A stretch of 64,000 nt of DNA, taken from Octopus vulgaris. Its lineage: Eukaryota. The DNA lies in the NCBI GenBank assembly GCA_951406725.2, contig OX597820.1, positions 57,908,001-57,972,000 of the forward strand, given 5' to 3'. Under the pieces are notes generated by a model. It had not been told where the DNA came from. It searched no databases and saw nothing but the letters and a program-made list of their open reading frames with translations. The translations under genes and the position numbers were made by a program. Positions 1 to 12,759 of this stretch are shown here, in pieces (within the stretch, counting starts at the first letter, position 1; each line of letters opens with the position of its first letter).

Positions 1-141
1 CGTATTTGTAATTGCATTTTTATTTTTATTGAACCCCATTTGAGCATAAGCAAACTTTTGAATTTGAATCTAAGTAGTAATATATTTTTGCACAAATATA
101 TATACATATAAGTTCTTATATATATGTTTAGGTTCTTGTGC

Positions 142-192
<51 letters not shown>

Positions 193-865
193 ATTATTTG
201 CTTGCGATTTCTTCATAGATACTTACATCTATTTATTATGTATGCGTATAAATATATGTGGGCATATGCGCAACATGTGATTATTGCTATGCACATTTAT
301 TTTCCATTCTTTATTCTATATTTTATATATATTTTGTGTATTTCTCTATGTAGAAATATTTGAACGTATATATATTTATATATGCATTCAATATATATAT
401 ATATTCTTACCTATTATTTTACCCATTTTATTTTTTATTTTTACTTACATATCTTTACACTCTTATTACTTAGATTTTTATAAATTATTATAAATATATT
501 TACCTTTATAATAGTATTATAATTAATTAAAAGTTCAATTAATGTATATTGTCTATATTTATACTTTTTAATGACTACCCAGAATATATCATATTACTTA
601 AATTTGTATAAATATATCTACCCTTATATTAATTTGATACTTAAATATATAGTGTATTACTATATATTTCTTCTAGTTATACTTTTAATGTTTACCCAAT
701 GCATCTTATATTATTTTTGTACTTACTTCTCTAAACATACTAACTTTACCCCCTTTGTAAGGTTTATACCAAGTTTTTCTATAAAACAATGCTCAGTTAG
801 CCGATATGCTCCTCACACTTAACACATAAAAAAACATAAAAATGTAATGGTATATCTTTTTTTCT

Positions 866-945
866 ACCTCCGACGAGATTCAACTTTATAATGATTCGAT
901 TATTTTAATTAATTTTTAAAGTTTGAATCGAAACAGCTGTCAGAG
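866..945 (+). ncRNA. Degenerate type I hammerhead ribozyme (Penelope-like pLTR type)
   Basis: CCGACGA (870-876; core U4->C), stem II gattcaacttta/taaagtttgaatc, GAAA 930-933, palindromic stem III cagctg, TC, weak stem I; (TA)n follows. Confidence 0.6.
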
Positions 946-1167
946 ATTATGTCTATTTTTGTAATTAATAGATATAATTATTACTTGATTTATGTCTATT
1001 TTCTTAATTTTCTTATATATATATACATACATATATATATATATATGTATATATATAAAATTGAATAAGGGTAGAAATTGATATTAATCACTTAAAACCA
1101 GTGGCCTAGCATATTAAAAAAATCCGAAGATTAAAATATTTTTTACATACAAAATTAAAAGGAGTGA

Positions 1168-1239
<72 letters not shown>

Positions 1240-1679
1240 AGAGAGAGAGAGAGAGTACGTACATACGTACACACATATACATAGACGGAGAATTTAAGTG
1301 AGAAAACAAAAATGAAATTAGGAAAGGAATATGAAGGGCGGAAAGAGGAAGGAAGAAAAAACAGAAAGTGTTAACTCAGACAGCCATTCAGACAGATATA
1401 AACTCGAATATATAGGCACAGTGTGAGAGATAGAGTCAGGGAGAAACGTAAGTCAGAGTCTGACAAAATTAGACAGACATACAAAGAAACTTCGTATTTC
1501 TTGGATTCTCTGCTGTAATCTCGTGTGTGGTCGACTTGTCTTTGAATGATGACCTACAGTAGCAATAGAAGACAAACGTCTGTTTTAGATTGGTACATCA
1601 CACGTGAGCTGATACAAAGCTTGCTGGCAAGAGAAAGACGACTCTTCAGACATATTGGTTAGAAACTTTAAAAAAAACA

Positions 1680-1798
1680 ACAATGACAAAAACAACAACA
1701 ACAACAGCAACAACAACAGGAACAGCAGGAACAACAGCAACGATTACAACAGCAGTAACAGCAACGACAGCAACCGCAGTAACAATAATAGCAACAAT

Positions 1799-1841
<43 letters not shown>

Positions 1842-1842
1842 G

Positions 1843-1877
<35 letters not shown>

Positions 1878-2090
1878 ACTACTACTGCAAATGTAAGAGT
1901 AAGTGAAACAGCAGAAGCCAAAACAAAAATAACATCAACAACAATAGCGTATATAAGAGCGTGAGGAACAGTAACAAGAACAGACATAGACGCAAGAGCA
2001 ACAACAGTAACCATAACAACAACGACGACGACAATAGTAACAACAACAACAACAGCAACAACAACATCAATAATGGTAACCACAACAATA
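1680..2090. repeat. Compound trinucleotide microsatellite (AAC/AGC/ACT/GCT)n
   Basis: Direct reading; explains the poly-T/N/V/L ORFs. Confidence 0.95.
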
Positions 2091-2486
2091 AGAGAAATTT
2101 GTAGCAAAAGTAGGAAAAACAACAGGGACAACAAGAAATGCTTGAAAAAAAATATTACATAAAAATATTATAGCTTGGTCGGGTGAGGCGTATAAATAGT
2201 AAAAGGAAAAGAATATATGAGAATACACAAGGGAGAAAGAGAAAGAGAATGAGAGAGAGAGAGAGAAATGGCGAAAGAAATAGACGGAATTAAAGTTGAA
2301 TGGGAAGGAAATAAAGCAAAGACACAATGAAAGAACCAAGAAATAAACAAACAAAATATATGTAACTATTCAGAAAAAAAAAAAAATGCCCGACCTAGCT
2401 GGAAACGGAAATATTGGTTTTCCTCGTTCCAACAGAGCGTCACGTATTTGTTGATGTTGATTTCTTGCAATTTGTTTTTTTTCTTC

Positions 2487-2533
<47 letters not shown>

Positions 2534-2661
2534 GTATTCTAATTTTAATTTTATTTTTTCATTCTTTTCCTTTCCTTTTTTTTTCTTCTAGGTCTGCAAA
2601 AGATTTCCGAACAAAAAAAAAAAACGATTATCCTTTATATACTCTCGTTTTCCAAAACAAT

Positions 2662-2699
<38 letters not shown>

Positions 2700-3737
2700 G
2701 TTGTTGTTGTTGTTATAGTAACAAGTTCTTGGCATCAGCATTTAGCATAATACGTTAAACCTCAAACGTTGTGCCAGGCGGGTGGAGCAAATTCCGTTTG
2801 AAAAGAATTCAGACAAAGTAAAAGTGGACATTAATATAATTGATGCAGAATTTTAATGAATTTTTTATGAATTCAAGTTACACCTTTAGTGATGAGGAGT
2901 AAAAAAATGTCATTACCTCAATGATTAACTCTGGTCAAATAAACCAGGGTAATTAACTTGCTAATTCTAATAACTTAATATGATGACGCGTACATTTACT
3001 GTTAACGCGTAAGTGTATCCTAGAAGGTGAAAGCATTCAATGTGGGATTTAGTCTCGAAGAAATAGTTCTTTCTATTGATTTTGTATGTAATAACACATC
3101 GAACCAAGATCCTGTGAGGTGGGTTTAGACACTGTGCAAACGAAATACTATCTCTGGTAGTTCGCTAACTTTACCAGTTTAATTTTTTTTTTTTTTAAAT
3201 TTTTCTCCGAGAAAATATTCCGCAGTAAATACATTTCTTGATCCAGTGTACAAGAACATGCTAAAAATAAATGTATTTAACTTTATTTTGATCGTCACCG
3301 CGTTTAAGCTTATACTAAATTAAATGAATTAAGTTTAATTAAAAATAGCGGGAAGTAAGAAGTGACACCTCTAGATACGTTTTAGCCCCAGTAGCACTCT
3401 TCATCAAGGCATAGCCTAACCCTTAATGTCAGCTCTTAAAAAGACTCACTGTAGTTGATATTCAATTTACTAAACGAACACTGAATGATATTATAATGTA
3501 AAATAAACAGCGGTAGAAAATACATACGTATTCGTGCTGCTTAAAAATCAAAGACAATTAGTAAATGGTAAGACAACCAAGAATTGATAACTCTTATAAT
3601 TTGAAAATCAAATTATAGGCGAAACCAGAGCAAAGTTCTCACTTCTCCATTGGACCTTTTTTCTGCTTCTTTTATGTATTCTTTAACAGATTCACTCTAA
3701 AACAATATTTTCTTTTATTAAAAAATGATATACAAAA

Positions 3738-4304
3738 GGCGCTGGCGTGGCTGCGTGGTAAGATGGTAAGAAGCTTAGTTTCCAGCCACATGGTTCCGGT
3801 TTCTCTCTCACTGCGTGGTACCCTTAGGCTGACCAAAGCCTTGTGAGTAGATTTGGTAGTTGGAAACTGAAAGAATCCTGTAGTACAGTTACGAGGAGTG
3901 CTTTAGGGATATCACAAAAGTCCTGGCTGGAAGCCAAACTTTCAAGTTCTTTTACAGAGCCTAGAAAAACTGAAGGACCGCTTAAATAAGTGTATGAATC
4001 TGAGAGGGGAATATGTTAAATAAAATGATAATTAACTGATCCTCCTATATTTTCTTTTACCCAAAGACAGGAACTTTACATCACCCCCTCGTATGTGTGT
4101 GTATGTGTGTATTCCCAAGCCCTGCTTGACCACTGGTGATGGTGTGTTTACGTCCCCATAGCTTATCAGTTAGGCAAAAGAGACCGATAAACAAAGTACC
4201 AGGCTTAAAAAGGAAATAAGTAATGGGGTAAATTGACTAAAATTCCTCAAGACAGTATCCAGCATGGCCGCAGTCTAATAATTTGAAACAAGTAAAAGAT
4301 AAAA
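3738..4304 (+). mobile_element. tRNA-derived SINE family A (octopus type), interrupted by a mariner MITE
   Basis: Head ggcgctggcgtggctgcgtggtaag...ccacatggttccgg, body gccttgtgagtagatttggtag, tail cagcatggccgcagtc...gaaacaagtaaaagat, shared with more than 10 other copies in the window. Confidence 0.85.
3890..4093 (+). mobile_element. Mariner-derived MITE (TIRs plus transposase C-terminal remnant)
   Basis: Ends TACGAGGAGTG...CACCCCCTCGTA with TA termini; internal LKDRLNKCMNLRGEYVK* resembles the mariner C-terminus; related copy at 63640-63798. Confidence 0.75.
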
Positions 4305-6235
4305 AAAAAATTTTTTAACTAAAAGAGAGTATCTGATCATAAAGGAGATATCCTATTTTTCGAAAGGTTTCTTTTAGGACATAGATGTATAAATGAGAAA
4401 AAAATGTACCAAAAGTGAAACGAAGTTCTAAATAACTTAAAGACCTGAGATTAGAATATAATGGAGTATGTACTAAGACATTAAAAATCTGTAAAACTAA
4501 AAGAATAATACATATGTAAATAGTAAAATAACCAACTAAAAAAGAGTAGTAATATCTTTATATAGATTAATGAAGCGGATGATTTAATGGCAGTACATTT
4601 GAACTTGTTCTATATTTGATTCGTATTTGGTTAAAATTCCTGTTAGGTTTCATCAGACTTTGAAATTATTTCATACTGTTCTGTTAGTTGTATTTTTAGA
4701 ACACACTAGTATTTTGGTCAATATTTATCAAATTTGTTTTTGAGATGTCGTTTATTAGTTGTTAAAATGTAATATGAAATCTTCAAAATACGTTGCTTAT
4801 TAGTGTTATATTATGAATATTTTTACTGATATGATCAATGGACAAAAAAAAATTCTGCCTTCCGTCTTCAGATGTACTGATTAATGATCAAAATATTTTC
4901 GATAACTAACCATTATGAAGTTGTTTAGTTGCTTATTTCACTAGATATATGTGTTTGCTAACAATATGTAATTCATGCTGTTAAAAATAATAATGTATTT
5001 TTTATGAAGTAAAGTTTTTGTATACTTATTTATTATAACTAGTCTGTACTTATGAATCCCTCGTCTGGAGCAGCTGTTCATAAGCATTTTTCTTTTATTT
5101 TGGATTTCATGAAAGCGGGGTGATCGAAGTAAATCAACCATGATTATACCGTCACTTTCGTATTATCACAAATAAGGCAGGGTGTGATGTCAGAGATATT
5201 TAGCACCGACACATAACAAACCAACTAATATAAAGTTGCAACATCTTTATTTACATAGATTAATGAAGTGGACAATCAAACGCACACAGGGTTGTCCCTG
5301 ATGATAGTGAAACAGAAAAAAAAAACTAATGAAATAAAATAACTGTATTACATATGAGGGACGCCCCACCATATTTGTATTTAATATGTAAAATTGTCTA
5401 CGGGGGAATTTTTATTTAGTGACGATCATGATATGATTTACAGCTCTTGGTTACTGAAACACTTTCTGTGTGATATTCAATTCCTCAGTGTTTGTTATAT
5501 TTATGTAGTTATACACGTCTGTTCTGTTCCATTAGGATGTTGGTCTCCACCAAGTTGTTTTATTTTTATGTGAACTATTATTACTGTTTGGTCGCAGTTG
5601 TTTTTCTTTCCTTTTGGTTAGTATTGTAATGTAATCTTTTATTAACATAAACAGAAAAGCTCACGCTATTTTATAAACCAGTGTATCAATGTAAAGAGCT
5701 CCAAATTTATTTGGCAATGTAAATATTGTTCGTATAACGGCTTTTAGATGACACAATATGAATATTGTTCGATGTTTGTTTATATAGTTCTCATTCTTAA
5801 ATGGAAAACATCATGAAGCTGCTCTTCACAGACGGTTAACAATGTTCGAAATCTGTTGGTAAGTATCTTTAACATTTTCAGACAATTAATTTACTGGTAT
5901 TATTAAAATGCCATGTGACCATGACAAATGTTGAGTTGACAAACGAGATGGTGAGAATTATTATATCTGACGATTTGCAATTTCGAGGAACGAATTGAGT
6001 GATACGCATCTTACACGAGAAATTCTTTGAAATACTACATATTTAATGAAACAGAGAACATTATTTCAGATATTAAAATATTTACTGTACACACCATAAT
6101 AATTGTTGCTTTTAACCAAAAGGTGGCAAACAAGCAGAACCGTTTGAACGTCGGTATTTGTTCCGGATTTCTGCGTTCTGTGTTCAAATCCACCAGAGAT
6201 AGACTTTGCTTTCCATCCTTTCAGTATCGTAAATA

Positions 6236-6606
6236 ATCCTTTCTACAATAGGCACAAGGCCTGACATTTCTGGGGAGGAGTAAGTCGATGGCATCAACCC
6301 CAGTACTTCCCTGATACTTAATTTATAGACCCCGAAAGCATGAAAGGCAAAGTCGACCTCGGCGGAATTTGAACTCAGGACGTGAAGACGGGCGAAATAC
6401 CTATTTCTTTACTACACACACAAGGGGCTAAACACAGAGGGGACAAACAAGGACAGACAAACAGATTAAGTTGATTACATCGACTCCAGTACGTAACTGG
6501 TACTTATTTAATCGACCCGAAAGGATGAAAGGCAGAGTCGACCTCGGCGGAATTTGAACTCAGAACGAAGCAGCAGAAGAAATACCGCTAAGCATTTTGC
6601 TCGGCG
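6236..6606 (-). mobile_element. SINE family B (Meta/MESC-like central domain), partially duplicated
   Basis: Two copies of the reverse complement of gagttcaaattccgccgaggtcgac(t/c)tgcctttcat; a + strand partial head lies at 6119-6235. Confidence 0.85.
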
Positions 6607-6917
6607 CAGAGTCGTAAGTAATGATTCCAGTACTGGAGTAGATTTGGATTGTACATATAATTTAAAGGTTTCCTATATTTAGCTGGCTCAGTCTGAGAAT
6701 TAGTTTAAGGATATACATTTTTCAAGAATATTCAGTCGTTTATACGTTAATTACAGGAATATGAATTTAGTCGATCAAACAACTGAATGCTCGTCGCCTC
6801 AAAACCGACGGAGAATCCCACCGGTAGAAATAAGAAATATCCCAGACACGCATCCGATGTAAGAAACCGATGAGCGGTGAACCGATTACTTAAAACAGAT
6901 GGTGGCCAAATGTCACC

Positions 6918-7235
6918 TACGAGAGGTGTTCATTAAAGAAATCCTTCCTCATCTCCTTCACTCTCCCGACCTTCCACCTCTTTCCAAGCATGAAGTCTTT
7001 TTTGAAGCCGAAGCACTTTTCGGATGATGAACTTATTTCCGAGGTATAGTCTTGGCTTCAGACGCAACCTACCTACTTCTATAAACAATGTCTTCAAAAC
7101 TGCATAAAGCAATGGGAGAAGTGTGTCACCAATGATGGTGGCTATGTAGAGAAGGACTAATAATTATGCCAAGTTTCCTTTATCCCAGTCCTTGAGAAGT
7201 AGATCAGGGGAAATCTTTAATGAACACCCCTCGTA
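6918..7235 (+). mobile_element. Mariner internal-deletion derivative (318 bp)
   Basis: TIRs TACGAGAGGTGTTCATTAAAGA / TCTTTAATGAACACCCCTCGTA; interior reads EILPHLLHSPDL..HLFPSMKSFL..WEKCVTNDGGYVEKD*. Confidence 0.85.
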
Positions 7236-7990
7236 TATTATCAGTAAAGTACAGTCCTAAATCGAAAGCAGTGATGAACACTTGCCAGAGAAATACTCAA
7301 AGGGTCGTTTATCGATATGGTAATGCCAGGAGGAGGAATATAAGAGACAAAAAGTACAGCAAGTGAAAATTATGGATAAGATAAGTTTAAGAAAGCGGCT
7401 ATTGTACCGCTTTATTATTATCCTTATAACACGAGGATGGAAATATAATTAGGGAAACATCAGAGTAACAAGAAAAATTTATTAAAGATATTTCACTCAA
7501 TTACCAAGAGTTACAGAACAAAACGACACAATATGTCCAGTATAATTACCAAATGACCATAAAATGGCAATTATGTGACCGGTTCATCATAAAGATGACC
7601 TTTTACATAACAAATGCTTTTGTGGTCATAGAAACAGCTATAGTCTAAGGGGAACAGAAGTAAAAAATATTCACCGCAAACTATTTATATATTGAATGAA
7701 ATATAATCATGACACAAGTTTGAATGATAAGCATCTCTTAGATTTTCACGCTTTATATTTGGATAATTCACTTAGTCAAGTTGTCGCCAGCTGATATTAT
7801 GATATTAATATAATATAATATTAGTATATTATAATATTGATTTATTAGGAAACATTTTATTCCAGGTGATATGCGTGGACATCATTTGATTTCTCAATCA
7901 CTTGGAAATTTGTCTCATGTGTGTGTGTACATATGTATGTATGCATATATTGTGTTTATACCACCACACACAAACACGCACATATATATG

Positions 7991-8867
7991 CACGATTTGC
8001 GTTCAAAAATTACGACTTCACTTTCTCCCGACAAAACTAATGCGGCATGGTAAATATGCTCTGGGTGCGAGGTAACGCCCCGCCTCCCTGTGCAGGCGTG
8101 AAGATTTTCGTGACATGTAGACCGCACCAGTTTCTGGTTGCTACGCCTAGAATACAGACTTATAATGCGTGCTCGTCGACTTTTATCAATCACGCAAGAT
8201 GCCCGAATGCATCGAGCAGAGATCATAAATCCATGTCTCATCACCAGTGGCGATGATCTTCATGAATTCTGGGTCGCACTTTGCACAGTTCTGAGCATTT
8301 CTGAGCAATGTCCATGTCGAGTATAATGCTGCTCCACCAGCACCAAAGGGACGATTTTCGCCCAAACCTTCCACATGCACAAATATTCCGTTAAAAGGGA
8401 ATACACTGACCCTGTGCTTTTTATGGATTGTTACACAACAGTTTTCCATGAATATACGCCAAACCTTCTCAATCGGCTCCTCATTTCGTCTTGTGGATCG
8501 CATACCCGAGCGTACCTCACTCTCCACTGAACTGCAGCCATGATTGAAGCTGTTGTACCATTCCATGGCCTGGGTTTTGTTCATGGCATCATCGCCAAAG
8601 GCTTACCGGATGGCTTGAACTTAGCTTTGCAAAACATGATGCAATTTCTCTGCCAGGTGCATTCGGTGAAAACGGAAATCTGACGAGCGTACACTACATA
8701 TCTTGCTCTAGGCTTAACAGCCGGGAAATGATGCTCCCTGCCGGCGCGAAAATTTTCATACACGTTCAGGAAGGGTAGTGTCACCTCGCACCTAAAGGAT
8801 ATTTACTACGTGCCATTAGTTTTGTCGGGAGAAAATAAAGTCGGTTACTTTTTGAACGCACCCTGTA
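7991..8867 (-). mobile_element. Mariner (irritans-like) deletion derivative with long (~120 bp) imperfect TIRs
   Basis: 7991-8112 is the inverted counterpart of ~8745-8867; ORF 8186-8584 has MNKTQAMEWYNSF..SVESEVRSG and KIIATGDETWIY. Confidence 0.85.
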
Positions 8868-9176
8868 TATATATATATAAACATCTATGTATGTTTTTAT
8901 GAACATAGATACACACACACACACGCACATATATATATATGTATGTATATATATATATATATATATGACGGGCTTATTTCTTATGTTGATTCTGTTCCTT
9001 GAAATATTATTTGTATTACATCATTTGATATGTTTGCATCGTGATACAAGTGAAATTAAATAAATGTCTAGTATATTTATTCTCCATTTTCTTATATTAA
9101 CGGTTTATCCCTATATATTGCGGAACTTTCAATATATAAATTGATATCACCAGTTGATATATATATATATATATAC

Positions 9177-9996
9177 GCGAGAAAGAAGCAACAAGAATGG
9201 ATAGGTTTTTAGTACAATCGTTTCATACAAGGACAGGCTTTATTAAAAGTTGCAAAAATTACAGCATATAAACGTGTCCCGTACTCATCAGCTAAAATAC
9301 ATGTGAGTTCTCTAGACATCCTATTGGTTGAGGCTATACTCATGAAGTAATGTAGATAATTAAGTAACATAAACAGATTTCCAAAGTTCATTAAAGTTCT
9401 TTAAAGATGATGTATAGTCTTATCACAGAATTTTAAAAAAGTTTTAATAGCATCACAGAGAAGATGACCTAATCCATAGTGCACATATGAATTTCCAGAG
9501 ATATGATGAGGGATTACATACTCACAGACGACAAATTTATCCTTTGTTAATCACAACGAGGTGGGTCTCAATTCCTGCTTATTCCTGCTAATAAGCAGGA
9601 ATTGAGACCCACCTCGTTGTGATTAACAATGGATAAATTTGTCGTCTGTGAGTATGTAATCCCTCATCATATCTCTGGAAATTCATATGTGCACTATGGA
9701 TTAGGTCATCTTCTCTGTGATGCTATTATAAACTTTTTTAAATTCTGTGATAAGACTGTACATCATCTTTAAAGAACTTTAATGAACTTTGGAAATCTGT
9801 TTATGTTACTTAATTATCTACATTACTTCATGAGTATAGCCTCAACCAATAGGATGTCTAGAGAACTCACATGTATTTTAGCTGATGAGTGCGGGACACG
9901 TTTATATGCTGTAATTTTTGCAACTTTTAATAAAGCCTGTCCTTGTATGAAACGATTGTACTAAAAACCTATCCATTCTTGTTGCTTCTTTCTCGC
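9177..9996. repeat. Near-perfect palindrome, 407-bp arms with a 6-nt spacer
   Basis: Arms 9177-9583 and 9590-9996; mirror ORFs 9209-9391(-) and 9782-9964(+); only a few mismatches seen. Confidence 0.97.
9876..9966 (+). ncRNA. Hammerhead ribozyme with intact core (mirror copy at 9207-9297 on -)
   Basis: Stem I ttttag/ctaaaa, CTGATGA 9882-9888, stem II gtgcgggaca/tgtccttgtat, GAAA 9949-9952, stem III cgattg, TA cleavage site. Confidence 0.8.
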
Positions 9997-10113
9997 TTAT
10001 AATCACCCCACATTACTGTATTGTTAAAACAGTATAGTTTTTTTTAGTGCATCTAAGTTAGGTACCATATTCAAGTAAATTCATTTAAATTAACTTGAAT
10101 CTTTATTGCTTTT

Positions 10114-10160
<47 letters not shown>

Positions 10161-10164
<4 letters not shown>

Positions 10165-10560
10165 GGTTACAGTGGAATACATCCACTTGTTTTCAATAAT
10201 AGAAATATTAAAATTACTAAGTCTCTTTAAAGGAGATTACGGCAGCGTTACTGGATATTAATAGTTATCGCCATACTAATATGGTAGTCTATAAATATAA
10301 GACTAAAGCTATCGCTGATTAGCTCCAAGAGGCCATCGCCTCTAGCTAGCTATTTGACACACGAACCTGCGTCCATTACAAACCTTCGAACAGGGGAGGT
10401 CAGCCGCTTCACCTTGTTAGTCAGACATCTGCAGACATGTTTCAGGGTTGTTGCCCTTTATCAATGCAGCGTAGTCAGACCTGCAGGTGTCGCTACTGAG
10501 CGTCTGTTCGAAGATTTTATTTACCTAGTTACAGTGGAATACATCCACTTGTCTTCAATA
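10161..10560 (-). mobile_element. Retrozyme-like non-coding element: 362-bp unit plus 38-bp terminal direct repeat, inserted in (TA)n
   Basis: 10161-10198 is repeated at 10523-10560; HHR-like motif at 10429-10469(-): ctgca TTGATAA aggg caacaa ccct GAAA catg TC tgcag. Confidence 0.75.
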
Positions 10561-10571
10561 TATATATATAT

Positions 10572-10602
<31 letters not shown>

Positions 10603-10681
10603 CAAGAACAATCTTATATATAATATGGATGCGTATTCACCTTTAAATATCAACCCAGATGGGACTTGATCCACAGTCTTC

Positions 10682-10753
10682 GGTCCTGTGGCCTAATGGA
10701 TAAGGTGTGAGCCTCCAGAATCGAAGATTGTGGGTTCAAGTTCAATCAGATCT
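10682..10753 (+). pseudogene. tRNA-Arg-like pseudogene/derived sequence within a partial fold-back
   Basis: GGTCCTGTGGCCTAATGGATAAGG...GATTGTGGGTTCAAG matches the eukaryotic tRNA-Arg layout; an inverted 3' half lies at 10645-10683. Confidence 0.7.
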
Positions 10754-11019
10754 ATATTCAAAGATATAATTTTCTTGGCTTACGGTATATATCTTATCTT
10801 ATTTCTACTAGAGCTTTATATATATATGTCTTCTTTAAAGACATTTTGACGTGATTTGAGTAAGATTAGGCTGCTATTTTCAGCAATTCAATTACATCGT
10901 TCTCTGTGACTTCTTTAAGCTCCACATCATGTGTAAGTGTCACGATATCTTTCCAAATTTGATATAAACATTCTGCTCGTAAAACTTATAAATTCAGGGG
11001 TACACTGGTAATTTATCTT

Positions 11020-11790
11020 ACTAAGGACTATTGATGGTTTCTGTTCATCCCATTACTCAGCGATGATATCAAGAACATACATTATGTGAAACGTCTCCCA
11101 AGCGTCTCTCACTGTAGGTTTAGCCTTACTTTCAATTGCTCTCAGAGGCTGTTTGAACGTTCTTCTCTTATCATCCATTGGCTGGAGCAAAGAAATTGTA
11201 TTCTTAGCAATATATTCTACACTCCCATTATCAGAAATCTCGTTTCAGTTCACAGGGTTGTTTGATTCATTGTCCAAGATGAACAATGCTTTCTTGGAAA
11301 TAATTTGTCTGTCGCTGTAACTTTCTACTGCGAAACAAAAAGTGTTCGTAAATCACTTTTCGAAAAAGCTCTTTAAACGCCAAATCAGAGGCAAATTAAA
11401 CTTTGTGTAAATTTTGAATATGATATAGTGTTGGGGAATTTCATCCTAGAAGAGGCGTCAGACGATTTGATTTTTCGAATCTTTAAATCCTGGTATTGAT
11501 TTTACTTATTGAGAAATAGAAGTTCGAGCAGATATAAGCTTTTAGAAAAGTACATTTTCGTAAACATTGTACAGTGGCTCTGATATGTAGCCTTCTTCGA
11601 CAATCACATTTTAAAGCTCTTCGTGGTAATTAGAAGTCGCTTTTGTTCTAGAACTAGTAGCATTATTCATAACTGTCATGTTATGCAAATTCAAATGCTT
11701 CTTAAAACTTTCAAACCAAATTTTACTTGCTAGAAAATGTTTCTCATTAGAAGTTTAACCTTCCTTTTTCTGCAGGTCGTCGAACGAACT
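11020..11790 (-). pseudogene. Tigger/pogo-like transposase relic
   Basis: Manual translation gives FLASKIWFESFKKHLNLHNM, EEGYISEPLYNVYENVLF*K, ALFILDN and NTISLLQPMD, matching pogo motifs FxASxGWF, NxDETGLFWK, LLILDN and NTTSLxQPMD; stops present. Confidence 0.8.
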
Positions 11791-12717
11791 TTTTTTATTC
11801 ACTATTGTACTTATGTGATTCTTGATTCTTACGCCTAAAACTCGTCCATTTTTACGCATTTCACTTTACGTCGAGATATAAATTCATTGATAAATGTTTT
11901 TGTCCATACAAGACCGGTGAGACAAACTGCTAATACGATATGACACAACACAATAAACAGAATATTAATTTGAAAATTTATTTAGATATTTCAATATAAG
12001 GATTTTCCTTAAATTGCTTTATGATGTTCCTGGAATATGGTATACAATCAATAAGTCTTTGGATAAAATATCACGATACGACAACATGAAATAACAATAA
12101 TCCACAGAGAAACAATAGCAAACAAACTAACTGGAAAAGGCAGACGATACTAGCTGAAAAGGTAGTCACTAATTTATAGGATGAACTAATGATGAGAAAT
12201 TAGGAAGGATAAAGTGAGAAATATCAAATATTATGGACGCGGTAGGTAGATATGATGACGTTGTTTAATGCTTGCGAACGTGCGTATGTGTGTGTGTGTG
12301 TATTTGCATTTTTGCATATGTGTGTGTGTGTGTGTTTGCGAGTGTATTAGTATATCAGTTCATATATACGATACCAGAGAAACAGGAAACAGACGAAATA
12401 TCACGAACACAAAGAAGGTCAATTTGCATTGCAAAAGATTTTGCGAAAGTGCTAGAATCGTCGAAGTCAATATCAGCAATTCCTTTAACGTCAGAATTTC
12501 AAAGAAATGAATTGGTTTGGAAATCCTAGAAATAAATATTCGCACTTAAACTGAAAATATCTCTTTTGTACAAGGAGACATTAGCGAAACAATTTAATAT
12601 AAACGAAACTAAGAAAAAAATTATATTTGTGTGTATATGTATATGTATATTTGTATGTATGTATGTACGTATATAATATATATATATATTATATATATAT
12701 ATATGCCTATCTATGTA

Positions 12718-12755
<38 letters not shown>

Positions 12756-12759
<4 letters not shown>

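Noticed and set aside
1646-2134. Poly-Thr/Asn/Val ORFs
   Set aside because: Trinucleotide microsatellite open in several frames; no domain or splice evidence
3370-3412. Possible hammerhead on - strand (TTGATGA..AAAACGTA)
   Set aside because: Two core changes and no convincing stems
9209-9964. Pair of near-identical 60-aa ORFs
   Set aside because: By-product of the palindrome; no protein motif, and the ORFs overlap the ribozyme
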